A stretch of DNA of 42,480 bases, taken from positions 16,399 to 58,878 of the forward strand of contig QHXZ01000086.1 of assembly GCA_003223165.1 (NCBI GenBank). The letters run 5' to 3'. The position numbers were made by a program, and so were the translations under genes. The notes below the pieces were generated by a model. The model had not been told where the DNA came from. It was given only the letters and a program-made list of their open reading frames with translations, and did no database searches. Below are positions 30,852 through 39,340 of the stretch, piece after piece (within the stretch, counting starts at the first letter, position 1; each line of letters opens with the position of its first letter). Origin of the DNA: Acidobacteriota bacterium (lineage in GTDB: Bacteria; Acidobacteriota; Polarisedimenticolia; Gp22-AA2).

Positions 30852-32057
30852 ATGCGCGGACTCTACCTCGACTGCTTCTCCGGGATCAGCGGGGACAAGC
30901 TGCGGAAACTGCCCGTCAAAGGGTACGACCTGCGCGTCTCGCGCGTCACCCGGGGCGACCTCGGCGGCGTCAAGGTGGACGTCGCCATCGGCGCCGCGAA
31001 GCAGAGCGGGCGCGGGCTGCGCGAGCTCCGGCGCACCATCGAAGGCAGCGGCCTGTCGCGCGCCGTGCGTTCGCGGGCGCTCGCGGCCTTCGAGGCGCTG
31101 GTGGACGCCGAGGCGCACGTCCACCGCATCCCGCGGGAGAGAGTGCACCTGCATGAGGTCGGGGCGGTCGACGCCATCGTCGACATCGTCGGCGCCATGA
31201 TCGGGCTCGAGGCGCTGGGGTGGCCGCGGGTCGTCTGCTCGCCCCTGCACATCGGCAGCGGCATGGTGACCATGGAGCATGGGACCTTCCCCGTCCCCGC
31301 GCCGGCGGTGGCGGCCCTGCTGTCGGGAAAGCCCTGCTACGCCACGGAGGTCCAGGGCGAGCTGGTGACGCCCACCGGCGCCGCGCTGGCGGTGACGCTG
31401 GCGGAGGACTTCGGGCCGCTTCCCTCGATGCGTCTGCAGAAGGTCGGATACGGCGCCGGCTCGAAGGAGTACGACCATCACCCGAACCTGCTGCGCGCGC
31501 TCCTGGGCGATCTTCTGGACGAGGGGGCGGTGCGCGAGACGGTGCTGGTGCTCGAGACCACCATCGACGACATGAATCCGCAGCTGTACGGCCATCTCAT
31601 GGACCGGCTCTTCGCGGCGGGGGCGCTCGAGGTGTTCTACACGCCGATCCAGATGAAGAAGAACCGCCCCGGCACGATGGTGACCGTCATCTGCCCCCAG
31701 CCGCGCCTCGAGGAGGTCACGGCGGTGATCTTCCGCGAGACCACCACCATCGGCTTCCGCTACCTTCCGATGGGCCGGATCGAGCTGGGGCGGCGCATCG
31801 AGACGGTGACGACGCCCTGGGGCCGCGTGCGCCTCAAGGTCTCGGTGCACAATGGCGAGGTCGTGCAGGCGACGCCCGAGTACGAGGATTGCCGGGCGGC
31901 CGCCCTCAAGGCGCGCGTGCCGCTGAAGCGCGTGCAGCAGGCGGCGGTGCACGCCTTCGAGCACGCGGGTCGCGAGGGGCGCGCCGTGGCGCGCGCGCGG
32001 CGGTCGCCGGGGCGGCGCGGCGGGGCCGGGAGGAAGAGACGGCGGCGACGCGCCTGA
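30852..32057 (+). CDS. larC: Nickel pincer cofactor biosynthesis protein LarC; short in-frame segment missing near 30897
   Basis: [48 protein letters not shown] and PEYED motifs. The usual M.LGAL.D helix after SGD is absent. Confidence 0.9.
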   Translation: MRGLYLDCFSGISGDKLRKLPVKGYDLRVSRVTRGDLGGVKVDVAIGAAKQSGRGLRELRRTIEGSGLSRAVRSRALAAFEALVDAEAHVHRIPRERVHLHEVGAVDAIVDIVGAMIGLEALGWPRVVCSPLHIGSGMVTMEHGTFPVPAPAVAALLSGKPCYATEVQGELVTPTGAALAVTLAEDFGPLPSMRLQKVGYGAGSKEYDHHPNLLRALLGDLLDEGAVRETVLVLETTIDDMNPQLYGHLMDRLFAAGALEVFYTPIQMKKNRPGTMVTVICPQPRLEEVTAVIFRETTTIGFRYLPMGRIELGRRIETVTTPWGRVRLKVSVHNGEVVQATPEYEDCRAAALKARVPLKRVQQAAVHAFEHAGREGRAVARARRSPGRRGGAGRKRRRRRA

Positions 32058-32120
32058 CGGTTTTCGCGTCGGACAGGGGCAAGGCGAGCGGCATGCGGGC
32101 AAAGTGAGGGGGCGGCGGAC

Positions 32121-32420
32121 ATGGTCTACGACAAAGTGAAGGCGGGGCGGATGCTCCGGGTGGTGCTCGACGTGAGCGAGGGGGCGCTGGACCAGGCCGG
32201 CGGCCCGACCGGGTCGCCCAGCCTGCGCATCCCGGCGCTCGAGAGCGAGAAGATCATGCGCACGCTGGCCGCCAAGGGAGACGTGGACGCGATGTACCAC
32301 GAGTACCTTCGCGTCCTGCAGGCGAACCCGGCGGTGGGCGAGACGTTGCACCGCCACCACCGCAAGAGCTTCGAGTCGGAATTCTACCGTTTCGCGTCGA
32401 TCTACTGGGAGCGCGACTGA
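32121..32420 (+). CDS. Hypothetical protein (99 aa)
   Basis: GC3-biased codons and RBS GAGGGGG; stop overlaps the metG start (TGATG). Confidence 0.7.
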   Translation: MVYDKVKAGRMLRVVLDVSEGALDQAGGPTGSPSLRIPALESEKIMRTLAAKGDVDAMYHEYLRVLQANPAVGETLHRHHRKSFESEFYRFASIYWERD

Positions 32421-34417
32421 TGGCGCGGAAGTTCTACCTGACCACCCCCATCTACTACGTCAACGACACGCCGCACATCGGCCACACCTACACGACCGTG
32501 GTGGCCGACGTGATCGCCCGGTTCCGCCGCATGACGGGGCAGGACGTCTACTTCCTGACCGGCACGGACGAGCACGGGCAGAAGATCGAGCTCGCGGCGC
32601 GGGCGAAGGGGATGGCGCCGATCGCCCTGGCGAACCAGGTCGTAGAGCGCTTCCGCTCCCTCTGGACCACCCTCGGCATCAGCAACGACGACTTCATCCG
32701 CACCACCGAGGAACGGCATCGGCGCGGGGTCGAGAAGCTGTACCAGAAGATCCAGGCCAAGGGGGACATCTACAAGGACGCCTACAAGGGCTGGTACTGC
32801 ACCTCCTGCGAGTCGTTCTACCCCGAAAGCCAGATCGTCGACGGCCGCTGCCCGGACCAGGGGCACAAGGTCGACTGGACCGAGGAGGAGTCGTACTTCT
32901 TCCGCCTGTCGAAGTACCAGGAGCCGCTGCTGCGCCTCTACAAGGAGCATCCCGACTTCGTCTTCCCGGAGACGCGCCGCAACGAGGTGGTCGCCTTCGT
33001 GCAGGCGGGGCTGAAGGACCTGTCGATCAGCCGCAGCAGCTTCTCGTGGGGCATCCCGCTGCCGGGCGACCCGAAGCACGTCCTGTACGTCTGGTTCGAC
33101 GCGCTGAGCAACTATATGACGGCGCTCGGCTACGGCTCGGACCGCAAGCTCTATTCGCGCTTCTGGCCGGCCGACCTCCACCTGGTCGGCAAGGACATCC
33201 TGCGCTTCCATGCCGTCTACTGGCCCGCCTTCCTGCTGTCGGCCGATGAAGCGCTGCCGAAGCGGGTGGTGGCCCACGGCTGGTGGCTGCGCGACTCGGC
33301 CAAGATCTCCAAGTCGCGCGGCGGGGTGGTCGATCCGCTGCCGCTCATCGAGGCCTTCGGGGTCGACGCGCTGCGCTATTTCCTGCTGCGCGAGATGGTC
33401 TTCGGTCAGGACGCGAACTACTCGGACGAGGCGTTCATCGAGCGGGTCAACACCGACCTGGCCAACGACCTCGGCAACCTGATCAGCCGCACGCTGAAGA
33501 TGATCGAGGACTACTGCGGCGGCAAGGTGCCGAGGACCGACCCGCGTTTCCGCGGCGACGAGCCGCTCAAGACGGCGGCCCGTGACGCGTGGGCCGCCTA
33601 CGTGAAGGACTTCGAAGGGCTCGATTTCAGCTCGGGGCTGTCGCGCGTCTCCGACTACGTCGGCGCCCTGAACCGCTTCATCGTGCAAAACGAGCCGTGG
33701 AAACTGGCGCAGGACGCGGGGCGCCGCTGGGCCCTCGATTCGGTGCTCTACACCGTCGCCGAGGGGTTGCGCATCGTCGCCATCCTGCTCGCTCCGGTCA
33801 TCCCGCGCTCGGCCGGAGAGATCTGGAAGCGCCTTGGGCTCACGGGAGACGTCACGGCCTCCAGCCTGGAGCACTTCCGCTGGGGCGAGCTGAAGCCCGG
33901 GCGCGTCATCGCGCGCGGCGAGTCCCTCTTCCCGAGAATCGACAAGGCGGCGTACCTGCGCGACGCCACGGCCGCCAAGGAGCCCGGCATGGATCCCCAG
34001 AAACCCGCTCCGACCGCCCCGTCCCAGCCGCCCGACCCGGATCCTGCCGCCCCGGCCCCCGCCGCCCCGGCCCTCGCCGCCGCGGGCGCGGCGGAGGTCG
34101 GCATCGACGAGTTCGCCCGCATCGAATTGCGCACCGCGAAGGTGCTGGCCGCCGAGAAGGTGGAGGGGGCGGACAAGCTGCTCAAGCTGACGGTGGACGT
34201 CGGCGACGGCACGCGCACCATCGTGGCCGGCATCGCCACGCGCTACGCGCCCGAGGCGTTGGTCGGTAAGACCATCATCGTGGTCGCCAACCTCAAGCCG
34301 GCGAAGCTCCGCGGCATCGTGTCGCAAGGGATGCTCCTGGCCGCCTCCGACGCCACGGGCACCCCTTACATCCTGACGACCGAGGAGCCCGTCCCGGGCG
34401 GCTGGCGCGTGAAGTAG
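32420..34417 (+). CDS. metG: Methionine--tRNA ligase (MetRS1 type) with C-terminal tRNA-binding domain
   Basis: TTPIYYVN, HIGH, GTDEHG, YVWFDAL, GKDILRFH and KISKS (KMSKS variant); C-terminal OB-fold VANLKPAKLRGIVSQGM. Confidence 0.98.
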   Translation: MARKFYLTTPIYYVNDTPHIGHTYTTVVADVIARFRRMTGQDVYFLTGTDEHGQKIELAARAKGMAPIALANQVVERFRSLWTTLGISNDDFIRTTEERHRRGVEKLYQKIQAKGDIYKDAYKGWYCTSCESFYPESQIVDGRCPDQGHKVDWTEEESYFFRLSKYQEPLLRLYKEHPDFVFPETRRNEVVAFVQAGLKDLSISRSSFSWGIPLPGDPKHVLYVWFDALSNYMTALGYGSDRKLYSRFWPADLHLVGKDILRFHAVYWPAFLLSADEALPKRVVAHGWWLRDSAKISKSRGGVVDPLPLIEAFGVDALRYFLLREMVFGQDANYSDEAFIERVNTDLANDLGNLISRTLKMIEDYCGGKVPRTDPRFRGDEPLKTAARDAWAAYVKDFEGLDFSSGLSRVSDYVGALNRFIVQNEPWKLAQDAGRRWALDSVLYTVAEGLRIVAILLAPVIPRSAGEIWKRLGLTGDVTASSLEHFRWGELKPGRVIARGESLFPRIDKAAYLRDATAAKEPGMDPQKPAPTAPSQPPDPDPAAPAPAAPALAAAGAAEVGIDEFARIELRTAKVLAAEKVEGADKLLKLTVDVGDGTRTIVAGIATRYAPEALVGKTIIVVANLKPAKLRGIVSQGMLLAASDATGTPYILTTEEPVPGGWRVK

Positions 34418-34435
34418 CGGCCCGGGCCCGCGCGC

Positions 34436-35215
34436 ATGCCGGTGCACAGCGACAGCCACGCGCACCTCACGATGGAGCCGTTCGACGCCGACCGCGAGGC
34501 GGTGATCGAGCGCGCCCGCGAGGCGGGCCTCCGGCACGTGGTGACCGTCTCCTCGTACCTGGGGGACGCCGCGCGCTGCGCCGATCTGGCTTCGCGGCAC
34601 GACTTCATTCACTTCACCGCCGGATTGCACCCTCACGAGGCCAGCGCCTGGACTCCGGAGGTGGCGCGGGACCTCCGCGAGGCCGCCCGCCGGCCCAAGG
34701 GAGTGGCGATCGGCGAGATCGGGCTCGACTACCACTACGACCGCTCGCCGCGCGAGGCGCAGCGATCCGTGTTCCGCGAGCAGATCGCCCTGGCGCGCGA
34801 CCTGGGGCTGCCGATCGTCATCCACACGCGCGAGGCCTGGCCGGACACCCTCGCCATCCTGCGCGAGGAGCGGGCCGAATCCATCGGCGGCGTCTTCCAC
34901 TGCTTCTCTGGCGGGCCCGAGGAGGCCCGGCGCTGCCTCGATCTCGGCTTCTACCTGTCGTTCGCCGGACCGGTCACCTTCAAGAACGCCGGCGGCGTGG
35001 CCGAGGCGGCGGCCTACGCGCCGCTCGGACGGATCCTGACCGAGACCGACGCCCCCTTCCTCACCCCGCACCCGCACCGGGGCGCGCGCAACGAGCCGGC
35101 CCGCGTCGTGCTGGTCGCCGCGCGGGTCGCCGCCCTGAAGGGAATCGCCCCCGAAGCGGTCGGGGAGGCGGCCACGCGGAACCTCGAGACCGTCTTCCGG
35201 CTGCCGGTCTCCTGA
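34436..35215 (+). CDS. tatD: TatD-family deoxyribonuclease
   Basis: DSHAHL, GLHPH, GEIGLDY, IHTR, HCF and ETDAPFL motifs. Confidence 0.95.
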   Translation: MPVHSDSHAHLTMEPFDADREAVIERAREAGLRHVVTVSSYLGDAARCADLASRHDFIHFTAGLHPHEASAWTPEVARDLREAARRPKGVAIGEIGLDYHYDRSPREAQRSVFREQIALARDLGLPIVIHTREAWPDTLAILREERAESIGGVFHCFSGGPEEARRCLDLGFYLSFAGPVTFKNAGGVAEAAAYAPLGRILTETDAPFLTPHPHRGARNEPARVVLVAARVAALKGIAPEAVGEAATRNLETVFRLPVS

Positions 35216-35284
35216 GGGACGGGTGCCGTTCCGCCTTGGCCGCGGTTGACGGTGTCCTCGCGGGGGCGTAGCAACGGATTGTTC

Positions 35285-35422
35285 ATGCACGGCGCGGGAC
35301 TGATGCTGCCGATCACGACCGCCTTCGGCGTCTTCGTCCCCGAAGACGAGGCCGACGAGTCGACAGAGGTCCTCCAGGACGCGCGGCGGGCTCTCGAGAG
35401 CGAGAATGCGGGCAACGCCTGA
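35285..35422 (+). CDS. Small ORF (45 aa), possibly a DUF2007-like fragment; absent from the ORF track
   Basis: MHGAGLMLPITTAFGVFVPEDEADESTEVLQDARRALESENAGNA*, with GC3-rich codons. TTGACG-N17-TAGCAA lies upstream (35246-35274). Confidence 0.45.
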   Translation: MHGAGLMLPITTAFGVFVPEDEADESTEVLQDARRALESENAGNA

Positions 35423-35443
35423 CGTCCGGTGCGGCGCGACCTC

Positions 35444-36670
35444 TCAGGCCGGCGGACAGGTCAGGACGAGGCTCTGGCAGGTGCCGCCGGTCCCCAGCGC
35501 GTTGACCAGGACCGAGGCGAGCCGGCCGGGCCGGGCCGCGTGCCGGACGCAGTCGAGGCCCAGCGACGGATCGGGGTCGACGAGGCCGGCGACCGGCGGC
35601 ACGAGGCCGTCGCGCAGGGCGATGGCCGCGACCAGCGCGGCGCAAGCGGAAGCGGCGCCCGATTCCCCCACCGCCCCCTTGACCGAGGTGACCGGCAACC
35701 GCGCGAGATCCGGTCCCAGGGCCTCGCGCAGGGTGCGAGCCTCGAAGGCGTCGAGCCGCGGCGAGGCGTTGGCGCTCGCGACCACGCAGCCGATGGCCCC
35801 CGGCGCGAGGGCGGCGCGGGCGAGGGCCTGCCGCAGGGCGCCCGCCGCCGCCCCGATCTCGGACGGCCAGCCGTGCGCCGGCCCCGGAGCGTGGGCGGCC
35901 GCCGACCCGGCGATCACCGCCCAGGGTCGCGCGCCGCGCCGGCGCGCCCGGCCCGCGTCTTCCAGCAGCAGCACGTAGCTCCCCTCCCCCGGCGCGAAGC
36001 CGTGGCGCCGCCGGTCGAAGGGGCCACGGAACGAGCCGGCCCCGCCCCGCGCCCTGATCCCCCAGCGCTCCCAGGCCGCCTCGATCGGCCCGGCGTGCGC
36101 GTCCACGCCCCCCGCCAGGACCGCTTCGGCGTGGCCCTCGCGCACCAGCGTGGCGGCCGTGGCGATCGCCGACAGGCCGGAGGCCTCCATGCGGCAGATC
36201 GTCAGGTTCGGGCCGCGCAAGCCTAGAAGGATCGAGCACTGCGCCGCGGGGGCGTTCTGCACCGTGAAGGGGAAGTCCATCGGCGAGACCGCCTCGGGGC
36301 CCTCCCGGAAGAGCGTGCTGAGGAAGCCGGCGAGCGGCGCCGTGCCGGCGCTCATGGTCCCGAGGACGACGCCGATCGCATCGCCCGCCGCGCCGGCGTA
36401 CCGGCCGCCGAGGGAGCCTCCGTCGAGACCGGCCGAAACGAGGGCTTCCGAGGCGGCCAGCGCCGCCATGCGCGAGGCCCGGTCGAGCCGGCGCCAGGAC
36501 TGCGCCGGGAACGGGCCGGGGCCGATCGGGTCGCGCACCGCGGCCGAGCAGCCGCCCGAGAGCGCGGGACGGCCGGCCAGCATCCCCTGGCGCAGAAGAT
36601 CGACCCCGAGGCCGAAGGGGCCGAGCGCCCCCGCGCCGGAGATCACGACGGCGCCGGAGGGATCCCTCAC
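35444..36670 (-). CDS. Ketosynthase-like protein lacking the catalytic triad (chain-length-factor-like)
   Basis: KS fold motifs (FPFTVQNAPA, GPNLT, FAPGEG). Cys replaced by Glu (RMEAS), His by Ser (VASANAS) and His by Glu (KGAVGES). Confidence 0.88.
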   Translation of the reverse strand: MRDPSGAVVISGAGALGPFGLGVDLLRQGMLAGRPALSGGCSAAVRDPIGPGPFPAQSWRRLDRASRMAALAASEALVSAGLDGGSLGGRYAGAAGDAIGVVLGTMSAGTAPLAGFLSTLFREGPEAVSPMDFPFTVQNAPAAQCSILLGLRGPNLTICRMEASGLSAIATAATLVREGHAEAVLAGGVDAHAGPIEAAWERWGIRARGGAGSFRGPFDRRRHGFAPGEGSYVLLLEDAGRARRRGARPWAVIAGSAAAHAPGPAHGWPSEIGAAAGALRQALARAALAPGAIGCVVASANASPRLDAFEARTLREALGPDLARLPVTSVKGAVGESGAASACAALVAAIALRDGLVPPVAGLVDPDPSLGLDCVRHAARPGRLASVLVNALGTGGTCQSLVLTCPPA

Positions 36671-37143
36671 GACCGTCTCGCGCCCCGCGGCGCGCCAGGC
36701 GGCCGGTCGGGCCGGACCCTGGCAATCAGATCCTGGATCTGCCCCTCCAGCCGCTCGCGCACCTCACGGAACGCCCGCCGTACCGCGTCCGGCCCGCCCT
36801 CCACGAACGAGGGGTCGGGAGTGGACCAGTGCTCGTACGGGTAGGCGCCGATCCAGCGCGGGCAGCTCGAGGCCGCCGCATCGCACAGGGTGATGACCAG
36901 GTCGAAGGGAGGCGGCACGTCGTCCAGCCCCTTCGAATACTGTCTCGAGATGTCGATGCCCCGTTCCTCCATGACGGCGATGGCATGACGGTTCACTCCC
37001 ACGGGGATCGTCCCCGCGCTGTGCGCCTCGATGCGCCCCTCGCCCAGATGCGTCGCCAGCCCCTCGGCCATCTGGCTGCGGGCCGAGTTGCCGGTGCAGA
37101 CGAAGAGCACCTTGAAGGGAGGGTCCTGCGCCGCAACGCTCAT
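36667..37143 (-). CDS. arsC: Thioredoxin-type arsenate reductase / LMW-PTP family protein
   Basis: P-loop CTGNSARS, resolving cysteines LCDAAASSCP and WSTPDP. Four-bp overlaps with both neighbours. Confidence 0.85.
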   Translation of the reverse strand: MSVAAQDPPFKVLFVCTGNSARSQMAEGLATHLGEGRIEAHSAGTIPVGVNRHAIAVMEERGIDISRQYSKGLDDVPPPFDLVITLCDAAASSCPRWIGAYPYEHWSTPDPSFVEGGPDAVRRAFREVRERLEGQIQDLIARVRPDRPPGAPRGARRS

Positions 37144-38363
37144 GCCTGGGGATCCTTCAGGACGAGGACGCCGTTGTTGCCACCGAAGGCCAGGGAGCTC
37201 GAAAGGGCGACGCCCACGCTCAAGCGGCGGGCCGCGCCGGGGACGTAGTCCAGGTCGCACTCCGGGTCGTGGGTGCGAAGCCCGGCGGTGGGCGGCACGA
37301 TACCCTCGCGGATCGACAGGGCGGCGGCGAACGCCTCGATCGCCCCGGCGGCGCCCAGGCAGTGTCCGACCATCCCCTTGATCGACACCACCGGGACGCG
37401 GTCGGCGCGCGCGCCGAGGACCGACCTGAGGGCGCGCGTCTCGGCCCGGTCGTTCTGCGCGGTGCCGGTGCCGTGGGCGTTGACGTGGTCCACCCGCGCA
37501 GCGTCGATCCCCGCCGCCCGCAGCGCCGCGCGCGCCGCGCGCGCCATGCCCTCACCGTCGGGGTCGGGGGCCGTCGCGTGGTGCGCGTCGGCCGCCATGC
37601 CGCATCCGGCGACCTCGGCGTAGACGCGCGCCCCGCGCGCGCGCGCCGCCTCGAGGTCCTCGAGGACCAGCACGGCGGCGCACTCGCCCAGCGACAGCCC
37701 GCGGCGCTCGCGATCGAACGGGCGGCAGGGATCGGGATCGACCAGCCGCAGCGCGTTGAACCCGGCATAGGTCGTGCGTGACAGCGTCTCGACGCCCCCG
37801 GCCAGCACCACCGACTGTTCCGCATGGGCGATGCGCGCGGCACCGAGCCCGATGGCGAGCGTGGCGGACGAGCAGGCCGTCAGGAGCGTCTGCGCCTCAC
37901 CGCGGAACCCCAGGTGCGAGGCGATGAGGTCGGCGGTCGAAGCCGGGAAGAAGCCGAGCGCGGCGGACGGCCGCGGCACAGCACCCCGCAACGACGCGGC
38001 GAGGAACGCCTCTCCCTCCAGAAGGGCCCCACCCCCCCCCAGAAGGACGGCGGCCCGCTCGCGCTCGAGACGCCGCGCGTCGAGCCCGGCGTCCGCCAGC
38101 GCCTCGAGCGCCGCCCGCAGGCCAAGAAGATCGGCCCGCGACGCGCGCCGGCGCTCCTTCTCCTGCAGCACGCCTCGCGGCAGCAGATCCCCGTCGGGTA
38201 TCCGGATCTGGGCCGCCGTCTTCGTGCGTTGCTCCGCGACGTCGAAGAGCGTGACCGGCCCGATCCCCACCCGGCCCGCGACCAGCCCCTCCCAGGTCTC
38301 GCGCGCGCTCGCGCCGATCGCCGAGATGACGCCCGCGCCGGTCATCGCGACCCGTCGCCTCAC
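37140..38363 (-). CDS. Beta-ketoacyl-ACP synthase (FabF-like / KS-alpha)
   Basis: Intact TACSS, NAHGTGT and KGMVGHCLGAAG triad; AFGGNN. GTG start overlaps the upstream stop (GTGA). Confidence 0.93.
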   Translation of the reverse strand: MRRRVAMTGAGVISAIGASARETWEGLVAGRVGIGPVTLFDVAEQRTKTAAQIRIPDGDLLPRGVLQEKERRRASRADLLGLRAALEALADAGLDARRLERERAAVLLGGGGALLEGEAFLAASLRGAVPRPSAALGFFPASTADLIASHLGFRGEAQTLLTACSSATLAIGLGAARIAHAEQSVVLAGGVETLSRTTYAGFNALRLVDPDPCRPFDRERRGLSLGECAAVLVLEDLEAARARGARVYAEVAGCGMAADAHHATAPDPDGEGMARAARAALRAAGIDAARVDHVNAHGTGTAQNDRAETRALRSVLGARADRVPVVSIKGMVGHCLGAAGAIEAFAAALSIREGIVPPTAGLRTHDPECDLDYVPGAARRLSVGVALSSSLAFGGNNGVLVLKDPQA

Positions 38364-38785
38364 GTCGGGCCGCCACGCGGCCCGGCGCCGCGTGCTCCTC
38401 CGCCGGAAGCCTCCGGCTCGACCATCCCGCCGATGGCGATGCTGAACTCCCCCTCGGCGACGATCACGCCCTCGACGTCCGCCTGGCTGCGCACGCGCAC
38501 CAGATCGCCGAAACGCTCTGTGACGCGGGCGCTGATCCGCAACCGGTCCCCCGGGCCGACAGCCCGAAGGAGGCGGGCTTCGTGAATGGCGACGAGCATC
38601 CCGGGGACGCCGGCCGCGTGCCGCGGGCCGGCCAGGGGCAGGGCGGCCTGTGCCATGGCCTCGAAGACCAGCGCCTCCGGCGCGCGCTCTCCGGCGGTGA
38701 CCGCCTTGATCACGACGCGGCGATCGAGCGGGCCGTCGACGACCCGATCGAGAAAGCGGAAGGGATGGGCGTGCTCGCCGTTCAT
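38360..38785 (-). CDS. FabZ-like hot-dog dehydratase (degenerate)
   Basis: HPFRFLDRV, EAMAQAA and VGPGDRL motifs; the catalytic GHFP segment is not present. Confidence 0.75.
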   Translation of the reverse strand: MNGEHAHPFRFLDRVVDGPLDRRVVIKAVTAGERAPEALVFEAMAQAALPLAGPRHAAGVPGMLVAIHEARLLRAVGPGDRLRISARVTERFGDLVRVRSQADVEGVIVAEGEFSIAIGGMVEPEASGGGARGAGPRGGPT

Positions 38786-38876
38786 GCTCGGGGCCCCCGT
38801 TCGGGAAATGAGTGTAAGCGAGCCGTTCCGGTCCTTGCAACCCGCTCCGAATCTCTGGTATAAGCGCACGGATCCT

Positions 38877-39164
38877 ATGCCCGGCAACCATCCGGCTCTC
38901 CGCAGCGAGCTCAAGCAGTTCATCGTGCGCCGCCTGCGTCTCGAGCAGGTCGATGCCGCGTCGATCGCCGACGACGCGCCCCTGGTCGGCGGCGGTCTCG
39001 ACCTCGACTCCATCGATCTGCTGGAGCTGGTGGTCGGGCTGGAGAGGGAGTACGGCATCAAGATCGCCGACGTGGCCGAGGGGCGCCGCGCGCTCGCGTC
39101 GGTCGAGAGCCTCGTCGAGTACGTTGCGGCCCGGCGCTCCGAGGCCGGGCGTCCCGAAGCCTGA
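38877..39164 (+). CDS. Acyl carrier protein
   Basis: GLDLDSIDLLELVVGLEREYGI phosphopantetheine site; 95 aa, acidic. Upstream TTGCAA..TGgTATAAG promoter-like sequence. Confidence 0.93.
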   Translation: MPGNHPALRSELKQFIVRRLRLEQVDAASIADDAPLVGGGLDLDSIDLLELVVGLEREYGIKIADVAEGRRALASVESLVEYVAARRSEAGRPEA

Positions 39165-39165
39165 G

Positions 39166-39321
39166 GTGGCCTCCTGCGGCGGCCGCCGCAAGATCCTCCT
39201 GATCTCCTCCTCGCATTGCCTGCCCGGCGGCGGCGTGGCCCGCGTCGAGCGCTACTGGACCTCGGCCTTGACGCTCGTGCACCTGCAGGCGCTGACGCCG
39301 CCCGGGTTCGCCTGCGAGCTC
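39166..39321 (+). pseudogene. N-terminal fragment of a B12-binding radical SAM protein
   Basis: RKILLISS....LTLVHLQALTPPGFACEL resembles the start of cobalamin-binding radical SAM enzymes. Similarity stops abruptly at ~39321, about 20 nt before the convergent gene's stop. Confidence 0.6.
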
Positions 39322-39340
39322 GCGTGTGGGGTGTCCCGCC

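Noticed and set aside
30852-32057. Complete lactate racemase (lar) system
   Set aside because: Only larC is present in the window, and dispersed larB/larC/larE genes are common.
34000-34095. Repetitive GCCCCGGCC stretch in metG
   Set aside because: It encodes the ordinary Pro/Ala linker before the tRNA-binding domain and is not a repeat array.
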